NCBI GenBank assembly: GCA_963674755.2
Contig: CAXXVS010000003.1
Location: forward strand, 1,664,001-1,728,000
Length of the DNA: 64,000 nucleotides
Reading direction: 5' to 3'
Origin: Desulfobacterales bacterium
Lineage (GTDB): Bacteria; Desulfobacterota; Desulfobacteria; Desulfobacterales; UBA5852
Part shown: piece after piece, positions 9,420 to 16,942 of the stretch
Position numbering within the stretch: position 1 is the first letter of the stretch
Layout: each line of letters begins with the position of its first letter
Notes under the pieces: generated by a model
The model's input: only the letters and a program-made list of their open reading frames with translations
What the model was told of the DNA's origin: nothing
Database searches by the model: none
Position numbers and translations under genes: made by a program

Positions 9420-10592
9420 ATGAAAGAAGAGCGACATATCACAACCATGGGAAACATTCGCATCCGGTTGAGACCTTGGGGATTGCTGGTGGCACTGGCG
9501 GTCCTGTTCGCGGGACCGGTCCTGGGGCAGGACGACCAGGCGGACTTCCGGTCGATCACCGGGCCTTGCCACCTCCAATTTCCCGCCGACCACGGGGCGC
9601 ACCCCGGCTTTCGCACCGAATGGTGGTACTACACCGGCAACCTGGCCGCGTCCAACGGCGAACGGTTCGGTTTCCAGCTGACCTTTTTCCGGCGGCAGCT
9701 GCGTCCTGACGGGGCCGTCCGGGACTGGCCCGCGCCAGCCTCCGCCTGGCGCACGAACCAGATCTTTTTGGCCCATGCCGCCCTGACCGATCTGGCCCGC
9801 AAACAGCATTTCATGGCGGAAAAGGTCAGCCGGGAAAGCCTCGGGATGGCCGGTGCCGTTACCCGCGGCCGGGAAACGCGGATCTTCCTGCAGCAGTGGG
9901 CGGCGGCCATTACACCGCAGGGCCACACCCTGATCATGACCGATCCGGCCTTCGGCCTGACCCTGAACCTCGTGCCTACCAAGGGGCCGGTCGCCCACGG
10001 GGCGAGCGGTTATTCCCGCAAAGGTGACCGGCCGGAGCAGGCCAGCTGCTACTATTCATTTCCCCGCTTGGACGTCAGCGGCCGCGTGCGAGTGGGCACC
10101 ACCGCGTTTGCCGTCACGGGCCAGGGATGGATGGATCACGAGTACAGCACGGCGCCCTTGGCGGAAGGCGTCGCCGGATGGGACTGGTTCAGCATCCAGC
10201 TCGACGATGGGCGGGAGCTCATGCTCTATTTCCTGCGCCGGGCGGACGGCGGGTGGCAGGACGTTTCCGGCGGCTCCCTGATCGACGGCCAGGGACACGT
10301 CGTGCCCCTGGCGCTTTCCGACGTCCAAGCGCGTATCACCCGTCGCTGGACCAGCCCGGCGACCGGAGCGGCTTATCCCCTCGGCTGGGAAATCAGTCTC
10401 CCCGACCGGAAACTCAACCTGAGGATTGCGGCCTGCCTGGACGATCAGGAGATGGTGACCACCGGCAGCACCGGGGTAACGTATTGGGAGGGATGTATCG
10501 ATGTGAAGGGAAGTGACGGCGGGGCCCCTTTGACCGGGCAGGGCTATATGGAGCTCACCGGGTACGCCGACCCCTATGCCCCGCCCCTTTAA
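9420..10592 (+). CDS. AttH/CrtC-like lipocalin-fold exported protein
   Basis: Signal peptide; 'DHGAHP..RTEWWYYTG', 'WMDHEYS', 'GWDWFSIQL', 'YWEG', 'GYMELTGY'. Confidence 0.87.
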   Translation: MKEERHITTMGNIRIRLRPWGLLVALAVLFAGPVLGQDDQADFRSITGPCHLQFPADHGAHPGFRTEWWYYTGNLAASNGERFGFQLTFFRRQLRPDGAVRDWPAPASAWRTNQIFLAHAALTDLARKQHFMAEKVSRESLGMAGAVTRGRETRIFLQQWAAAITPQGHTLIMTDPAFGLTLNLVPTKGPVAHGASGYSRKGDRPEQASCYYSFPRLDVSGRVRVGTTAFAVTGQGWMDHEYSTAPLAEGVAGWDWFSIQLDDGRELMLYFLRRADGGWQDVSGGSLIDGQGHVVPLALSDVQARITRRWTSPATGAAYPLGWEISLPDRKLNLRIAACLDDQEMVTTGSTGVTYWEGCIDVKGSDGGAPLTGQGYMELTGYADPYAPPL

Positions 10593-10649
10593 GACGGGAC
10601 GGTCCCGAGGATTCCCGTTGCCCAGGCATGCCTCAACTTATCATTCTCC

Positions 10650-10700
10650 TTGACAGGTCGATAAGATATCCATTAGGTTAATGCGAATTATTCTTATTAA
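10650..10700 (+). promoter_or_regulatory. Sigma70-like promoter with adjacent Fur-family operator
   Basis: TTGACA at 10650-10655; AT-rich palindrome TTAATGCGAATTATTCTTATTAA (10678-10700) resembling the 7-1-7 TGAGAATnATTCTCA box. Confidence 0.55.
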
Positions 10701-10712
10701 GGTAAGGATTTA

Positions 10713-11111
10713 ATGGCAACCCTTCGCAAACGCGTTCCATGGCTGATGGTCGTTCTGCTCATCCTGTCCCTGACCGGACAGGCGGCCGCGGCCTTCGTCA
10801 TGCCATGCCGGGGGACCACTTCGTGCTGCTGCCAGCCGATGGCGGCCGGGATGACCCATGAAACACGTCCTTCCTGTTGCGAAACCACGCCATCACAACC
10901 CTGCGACATCGCTTCGGATGCCCATCCGACGCGCGTGCCTTTTCTGACCACCGTTTCTGTCGACCGGGTGGGCGGGTACGCTCCCGCAGGTCTCGCAGCC
11001 CCCCTGACCGTATCGACAAGTATTATATCTTCTTTCCGATATGACGACCGGCATACGTCCGGTCGGGACGATCCGCCCGTTTACCTCCTTATCCAGACCA
11101 TTCTTTGTTGA
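10713..11111 (+). CDS. Cys-rich exported small protein, possible metal-sensing leader ORF
   Basis: Signal/TM helix, clusters CRGTTSCCC, SCC, PC; C-terminal 'GRDDPPVYLLIQTILC'; RBS AAGGA. Confidence 0.7.
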   Translation: MATLRKRVPWLMVVLLILSLTGQAAAAFVMPCRGTTSCCCQPMAAGMTHETRPSCCETTPSQPCDIASDAHPTRVPFLTTVSVDRVGGYAPAGLAAPLTVSTSIISSFRYDDRHTSGRDDPPVYLLIQTILC

Positions 11112-11382
11112 AGCCTTTTTTCAGAACCTGAAGACACGCATCTTCGATGGTTTCCGCTGTCGATGCGCCCGTCGTCTTGCGGTGGTCCAACAGGTTCCCC
11201 AGCCTTAACTGCTTGCCCCTAAACGATAGCAAGAGAGAACCCCGGCAGGGGTGACTCCGGCAATCTAAAAATCCAAAGATCTCCCTGAGGGGAGACCAAA
11301 AGTTCGTGCCTTCTGAGCCGCTGAGGCTTCCCAAAATGTGGGTCACCGTGCGGCAAGGGCACCATCAAAGGAGATTCTATCC

Positions 11383-11982
11383 ATGGCAAAGAACAAGAAG
11401 AGCAAGAAACGTGAGCCGGCAGCCAACAATTCCAACGATTTGCGCACCCGGAAAAAAGAAGCCGTCATGGGCGGCGACGAAAAAAAGGGCGGACTGATGC
11501 CCGTCATCGTGGCGGTGGTCCTCGTGGCCGCCCTGGCAGGGGGGTATACGTTCTACACCCGGCAGTCGACCTCGGCACCCGTGGCGTCCTCCTCCCCCGG
11601 ACCGTCTGTTCCCGCGAACAGTGCGGCCGTCGCCCCAGGGATGATTGCCTATCCGGTAAGCCTTTTTGAGGACGGGCAGGCCAAACACTTCGAGTTCCAG
11701 GATGGCGACCGGACCATCCGTTATTTCGTGATCAAGAGCGCCGACGGGGTCATCCGAGCCGCTTTCGATGCCTGCGACGTGTGCTGGCCGGCCGGCAAGG
11801 GCTATTACCAGGAAGGCGATTTCATGGTCTGCCGCAACTGCGGCCGGAAATTCGCCTCCAATCTGGTGAACGAAGTCCAGGGCGGCTGCAATCCGGCGCC
11901 CCTCAAGCGCAGCTTGGACAACGGCATGCTGGTTATTCGTCCGGACGATATCCGCAGTGGCGCCGGTTACTTCAAACTATAA
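11383..11982 (+). CDS. DUF2318-family membrane-anchored Cys-motif (putative Fe-S/metal) protein
   Basis: 'AFDACDVC...CRNCG...GGCNP'; one TM helix; RBS AAGGAGA. Confidence 0.85.
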   Translation: MAKNKKSKKREPAANNSNDLRTRKKEAVMGGDEKKGGLMPVIVAVVLVAALAGGYTFYTRQSTSAPVASSSPGPSVPANSAAVAPGMIAYPVSLFEDGQAKHFEFQDGDRTIRYFVIKSADGVIRAAFDACDVCWPAGKGYYQEGDFMVCRNCGRKFASNLVNEVQGGCNPAPLKRSLDNGMLVIRPDDIRSGAGYFKL

Positions 11983-11996
11983 GGGAAGGCCTGATC

Positions 11997-13154
11997 ATGA
12001 CGCTGAAACAAATTGCCATTCAGAATCTACTGCGCCGCAAAGGCAAGGCCATACTGATTCTGCTGGGTCTTGTGCTGGGCATCGGCACGGTGATCACGGT
12101 GATCAGCTTTTCCGATGCCGTGACCGGCGACATCAACCACAAACTGGAGAAATACGGCGCCAATATCCTGATTTTGCCGCGCACCGAAAATCTCTCCCTG
12201 AGCTACGGCGGTATCCAGATGGGCGGAATTTCGTTTGATATGCAGGAGCTGCGCGAATCCGATCTGGCGGCCGTCAAGGATATCCAATACGCGCGCAATA
12301 TCGCGGCCATGGGGCCCATGGCCCTGGGAGCCGTCAAGGTCAACGACCGGTCCGTCATGCTGGCGGGGGTGGATTTCGAGGAAGCCCTGATCCTGAAACC
12401 CTGGTGGAAAATCGAAGGGCGGCAGCCCGACGGCGCTGGTCTTCTGGCCGGTGCCGAGGCGGCCCGGGTGCTGGGGCTGACCGTGGGCGACACGGTGACG
12501 ATCGCCGGAAAGAATATGGCGGTCACGGGTCTTCTCAACCCCACCGGGTCCCAGGACGATCAACTGCTGTTTACCACCCTGCCGGCGGCCCAGGATCTGC
12601 TGAATATGCCCGGGCGCGTGTCCATGGTGGAGGTGGCCGCCCTGTGCACGGCCTGCCCGATCGAAGCGATGGTGGAACAGATCGGGGCCGTGCTGCCCGG
12701 AGCCAAAGTCATGGCCATTCAGCAGGTCGTCAAAGGCCGCATGGATACCCTGGCCCACTTCAAGAAACTGTCCTTCGGCGTGTCGGTGATCATCATTTTT
12801 ATCGGCAGCCTGGTGGTGCTGGTGACCATGACCGGCAGCGTGCGCGAACGCAAAGAGGAGATCGGCGTGTTCCGCGCCATTGGATTCCGCCAGCAGCACG
12901 TCATGCGCATCATTCTGATGGAAGCCACCCTGATCGCCACCAGCGCGGGCGTGATCGGTTACCTGCTCTCCATGGGGGCCACCCGTCTGGCGCTGCTGCT
13001 CTTTGCCGACAATCCCCACGTGGCGCTGCCCTGGAATCCGACCCTGGCGGCCGGGGCATTGGCGATGTCCCTGGTGGTGGGCGTTTCGGCCTCCATCTAC
13101 CCGGCCCTGACGGCAGCCCGCATGGACCCCAACGACGCGCTGCGTGCGCTTTGA
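11997..13154 (+). CDS. ABC transporter permease (MacB/FtsX family)
   Basis: 'NLLRRK', large periplasmic loop, 'ERKEEIGVFRAIGF', 'ARMDPNDALR'. Confidence 0.9.
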   Translation: MTLKQIAIQNLLRRKGKAILILLGLVLGIGTVITVISFSDAVTGDINHKLEKYGANILILPRTENLSLSYGGIQMGGISFDMQELRESDLAAVKDIQYARNIAAMGPMALGAVKVNDRSVMLAGVDFEEALILKPWWKIEGRQPDGAGLLAGAEAARVLGLTVGDTVTIAGKNMAVTGLLNPTGSQDDQLLFTTLPAAQDLLNMPGRVSMVEVAALCTACPIEAMVEQIGAVLPGAKVMAIQQVVKGRMDTLAHFKKLSFGVSVIIIFIGSLVVLVTMTGSVRERKEEIGVFRAIGFRQQHVMRIILMEATLIATSAGVIGYLLSMGATRLALLLFADNPHVALPWNPTLAAGALAMSLVVGVSASIYPALTAARMDPNDALRAL

Positions 13155-13164
13155 GAGGTGAACC

Positions 13165-13875
13165 GTGAATATGATGATTGGTGAACATTTAACGAAACGC
13201 TATGGTCGCGGCGCGGCCGCCGTGACCGCCATCGATGACATGAATTTTGCCATCGCACAGGGGGAGTTCGTGGGGATCATGGGCGAGTCCGGTGCCGGCA
13301 AGTCCACCCTCCTGTCCATCATGGGCGCCATGAACGCCCCCAGTGAGGGCGCGCTGCGCGTGGACGGCATCGACGTCTACGGCCTGCGATCGGAGCAGCA
13401 GGCGGATTTCAGGCGGGAATTTCTGGGGTTTGTCTTCCAGAGCTTCCATCTGATCGCCTATCTCACGCTGGAGGAAAACGTTATGCTGCCCCTGGCCACC
13501 ATACGGCTGCCGCGTCGGCAAAAGCGTGCCATGGCCCGGGAGGCCCTGGCGGCGGTTGGACTGGACGGCAAGCACGCACGCCTGCCTCACCAGATTTCCG
13601 GGGGGGAGAAGGAGCGCACGGCCATTGCGCGGGCCATCGTCAACCAGCCACCCATCGTCCTGGCGGACGAGCCCACCGGCAACCTGGATTCCCGCACATC
13701 CCGGGAGATCATGCGGCTGCTCCAGCGGCTGCGGGACGACGGCACGACCGTGGTGATGGTCACCCACAGCCTGGAATGTGCCGCGTACGCCGACCGCCTC
13801 CTGCAGGTGGCCGACGGCCGCTTGGTGACCGCCAAGACCCGGGAAGCGGTGGCCGCCCGGGCCCAGGCCGCTTGA
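13165..13875 (+). CDS. ABC transporter ATP-binding protein (LolD type)
   Basis: GESGAGKST, ISGGEKER, VLADEPTGNLD. Confidence 0.92.
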   Translation: MNMMIGEHLTKRYGRGAAAVTAIDDMNFAIAQGEFVGIMGESGAGKSTLLSIMGAMNAPSEGALRVDGIDVYGLRSEQQADFRREFLGFVFQSFHLIAYLTLEENVMLPLATIRLPRRQKRAMAREALAAVGLDGKHARLPHQISGGEKERTAIARAIVNQPPIVLADEPTGNLDSRTSREIMRLLQRLRDDGTTVVMVTHSLECAAYADRLLQVADGRLVTAKTREAVAARAQAA

Positions 13876-13993
13876 GAACAGACGCCGGGACGAAAGGATT
13901 GGAGAATCCCGACCCTCTCGTTCCGGCGCACCACGTTTAAGAAACTACTGCCATCTATTGCTTCCCAGGCTTTCCTGGGGCATAAACCGGTCC

Positions 13994-14299
13994 ATGAGCG
14001 ATTCGAGGACCGTCTGGTGGGTTTACATCATCCGCACTGCGGATGACCGGTTGTATTCCGGCGTGAGTACCGACGTTGCCCGACGATTTCGTGAACACCA
14101 GGCCGGGGGCGTGCGGGCGGCCAAGTATCTCAAAATCCACTGCCCATCGGCGCTCGTTTTTTCACGGCCGGTGGGCAGCCGTTCGCTGGCCCAGAAAGTC
14201 GAATATCATATGAAGCGTCTGCCCCGACACCGAAAGGATGCCATCATCCGGTGCCAGCGGCTTGTATTCGACCCCCAAAGCGGCCGCATCACGACCTGA
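13994..14299 (+). CDS. GIY-YIG nuclease family protein (YhbQ/UPF0213)
   Basis: 'WVYIIRTADDRLYSGVSTDVARRFREH' and 'AAKY'. Confidence 0.85.
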   Translation: MSDSRTVWWVYIIRTADDRLYSGVSTDVARRFREHQAGGVRAAKYLKIHCPSALVFSRPVGSRSLAQKVEYHMKRLPRHRKDAIIRCQRLVFDPQSGRITT

Positions 14300-14501
14300 C
14301 GCCCCCTTGAATAACGCCTATCTTCTCTCCTGAGGGTCGGGGAAGCCGAACAGGGCTTTTTGAATGATGCGGATAAGACAGGCCGTCTGCCGTGCCGTAA
14401 AATAGGCGCCCCGCAGCCGGTGATGGTTACGGCGATGCTTCCGTGCGTGTTCTTCTGACCAGAAGAAAACACGCTCCCTTCGTTTGGCGTTCGGCCATCA
14501 A

Positions 14502-14734
14502 TCTGCTACCGGCGCCCTGATTGCCGAAGTCGTACCGGCGGCTTTTCGCGGTAGTGCCATGGGGGGAGATAACACCTGCATCTACCTGGGCATGATGTCG
14601 AGTTCCATTATCATGGGTAAGGTCTGCGAAATGGCGGGTTTGCGGTGGGGTTTTATCTGACGGCGGTCGTCAACCTGATCTGCCTGATCTTTTTTTACGG
14701 TTTGTCACGGCCCCCGGCATTGCTTCGCAGGTGA
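14502..14734 (+). pseudogene. C-terminal remnant of an MFS transporter gene
   Basis: Manual translation: ATGALIAEVVPAAFRGSAMGGDNTCIYLGMM...GLRWGF, then a frameshift into YLTAVVNLICLIFFYGLSR; no start, 5' part missing. Confidence 0.65.
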
Positions 14735-14782
14735 TCTTTCGTTCCGTTGGTGGAGGCTACCCCGACAGAACCGGTCGACAAA

Positions 14783-14820
14783 CAAAAAGGCACACCCCTG
14801 TGGCAGGAGGATGTGCCTTT
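14783..14820 (-). terminator. Rho-independent terminator of cold-shock gene
   Basis: Stem AAAGGCACA/TGTGCCTTT followed by a U-tract on the minus strand. Confidence 0.7.
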
Positions 14821-14841
14821 GTGAATCGGTTGTAGGGCTTC

Positions 14842-15042
14842 TTAGACGACCACTACGTTGGCAGCAGCGGGGCCTTTCTGGCCCTGCTCGATGTCGAAGG
14901 TGACCTTGTCGCCTTCATTGAGGGTTTTGAAACCGGGCATATTGATTGCTGAAAAATGCACGAATACATCCGGTCCGTCTTCTTGCTCAATGAAGCCAAA
15001 GCCTTTATCGCTGTTAAACCACTTCACAACTCCATTTGCCAT
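14842..15042 (-). CDS. cspA: Cold-shock protein
   Basis: RNP1 'KGFGFI', RNP2 'VFVHFS'; 66 aa; strong RBS. Confidence 0.96.
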   Translation of the reverse strand: MANGVVKWFNSDKGFGFIEQEDGPDVFVHFSAINMPGFKTLNEGDKVTFDIEQGQKGPAAANVVVV

Positions 15043-15661
15043 GATACCTTCCTCCTTTCATAATTTTTTCTCAAAGTTCCAAACTGGAGGTCGCCACAAT
15101 GACACATGGAGCAGTCCTTCAGAACGAAACCGGCCCGTCAGGCTGAAACAGGCCTTTATTGATTGGCACCACAATAAAGTTTTTCATTAAAAAATCAAGA
15201 AAAAAAAGAAGATACCGCCTGAAACCGTGATTGCGTATTTCTTCCTGAGGAATTGCCAAAAACATAATTTTATATAAAAAACAATCAGATAGAGTTGTTT
15301 TAGGATTTGGCGGTTTTGCAAAGAAGCAGGATATGCCGTGGGCGTCATGGCACAATTGATCGGCGTTTAGCGCGTCTCATCCCGGTTAAAAGCCCTCTGG
15401 CCGGCGATTTTGACGACTACTGCGGGAAAGTTGAGAAGGGATGCTGGTCCGTCCCGCGATCATTTGAGTTGGATGGCCACCATGGAGGATGATACAGTGC
15501 CCATCCATAAATGGCATCTTTGGGCCCGCATCCCGGGTAGATGGTTTGGACCCGGGCGCTTGGCCCGTGATGGCCGGGCGATGTTTGGGGAATATTTCGC
15601 ATCGCTGACCGGCCGGCCATGATGGATAGGATACCAAGAAAAGAAGAGGAGCAAAAGAAAG

Positions 15662-16450
15662 ATGGGGACCACCCGTACTCCGGATGGTGGGCAGCACCTG
15701 ACGATGGACACGACCCGCACCCACGAACGCAAGATACCCGAGAGCAGCCGATCTGACTTGCCAAGGGCCCGCAATGCCGAAGTAAACAGGAAGCTTCGTC
15801 TTCTTGGCGGTACTGTCCTTGCGCTGATTTTGCTGACGATGGCCCTGGTGCTGCCTTGGCGCTGGTTTGCGCCCCCCACCAGCGCCTTCATGCTGCGCGC
15901 ACGCCTGCTGAACGACACCCGGGTGCATTACCGATGGACGCCGTGGGACCGCATCTCACCTTATCTCGCCATGGCCGTCGTGGCGGCTGAAGACCAGAAA
16001 TTCCCTTTTCATCATGGGTTTGATTTCCAATCGATTGCTGAGGCCCTGGAGGACAAAGGCGGACCGCGCCGGGGGGCCAGCACCATTTCACAGCAGGTGG
16101 CCAAGAACCTTTTCCTGTGGCCGGGGAGAAGTTATATCCGCAAGGGCCTGGAGGCCTACCTGACCCTTCTCATCGAAACGTTTTGGCCCAAGCGCCGTAT
16201 CCTGGAGATTTATTTGAATGTGGCTGAATTCGGCCCGGGGATTTTTGGCGCCGGGGCAGCCGGGCGCCAGCTTTTTGATAGATCCGCCCTGCACTTGTCC
16301 CTGTGGGAGGCCTCCCTGCTTGCCGCGGTCTTGCCAAATCCCAAGAGGATGTCCGCCAATCGGCCTTCGGCGTATGTGCGCCATCGCGCCGGGGAAATCA
16401 GATCATGGGTGCATAAACTGGGCGGGACCCATTACTTGGATGATATGTGA
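15662..16450 (+). CDS. mtgA: Monofunctional biosynthetic peptidoglycan transglycosylase (start uncertain)
   Basis: 'AEDQKF..HHGFD', 'RGASTISQQVAKNLFLW', 'RKGLEA', 'LEIYLN'. Confidence 0.93.
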   Translation: MGTTRTPDGGQHLTMDTTRTHERKIPESSRSDLPRARNAEVNRKLRLLGGTVLALILLTMALVLPWRWFAPPTSAFMLRARLLNDTRVHYRWTPWDRISPYLAMAVVAAEDQKFPFHHGFDFQSIAEALEDKGGPRRGASTISQQVAKNLFLWPGRSYIRKGLEAYLTLLIETFWPKRRILEIYLNVAEFGPGIFGAGAAGRQLFDRSALHLSLWEASLLAAVLPNPKRMSANRPSAYVRHRAGEIRSWVHKLGGTHYLDDM

Positions 16451-16752
16451 CCGTCATTACTATGCCGAACGGTGGCGGCAGGGGTCTCGCAGCGGAGGCG
16501 CTTTTCGAGTTCCGCCTTGGTCTTTTCCAAATCGTCCAACGTCTGCTTCAAGCTGTACTCACGGGCTTCGACTTTCACCATCATCATGCCGAAGGCTTCG
16601 GCCAGATCCGAAAGGAGGCTGGGGTAGCGTTCTCGCTTAGCCAGTTCGAAGAGGCGTTCGGAGTCCTTCTGGTCGTAGTGGCCGGAGGCAATCTTGCGGC
16701 AGGCCTGGTTCAGCATTTCAAACAGTTCCAGGTAGTAGCTTGCAAAATCCAT
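16432..16752 (-). CDS. Small soluble HAMP-like/coiled-coil protein
   Basis: RBS AAGGAGG before ATG 16752; 'KIASGHY...LAEAFGMMMVKVEARE' followed by a heptad pattern. Confidence 0.7.
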   Translation of the reverse strand: MDFASYYLELFEMLNQACRKIASGHYDQKDSERLFELAKRERYPSLLSDLAEAFGMMMVKVEAREYSLKQTLDDLEKTKAELEKRLRCETPAATVRHSNDGHISSK

Positions 16753-16942
16753 GGGGCGGCCTCCTTGGCAGATAATCTGCGCTTCGGCGTCGATCCGCGG
16801 CACATTCCCAAAGGGCGGTCTTAAGCCGACATGTTCCTCTAGTAAGTCTCATTGTTCGTTTGGCAAGCAAGCTCCCGGTCAGGGGTTGCCGCAGGCTCAG
16901 CGAGAGGGATGCGGATGGGGCGAAGGGCGTGCGGGGTTTGCG

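Noticed and set aside
11112..11382. Possible riboswitch (cobalamin, Moco, SAM) in the spacer before DUF2318
   Set aside because: Hairpins are present but I could not find the conserved core motifs; an Rfam/Infernal scan would be needed.
13994..14299. GIY-YIG gene as a homing endonuclease or defence nuclease
   Set aside because: Length and motifs fit the common stand-alone YhbQ/UPF0213 family; no intron or defence context.
15307..15622. Short ORFs upstream of mtgA that might be a gene remnant
   Set aside because: No recognisable family motif.
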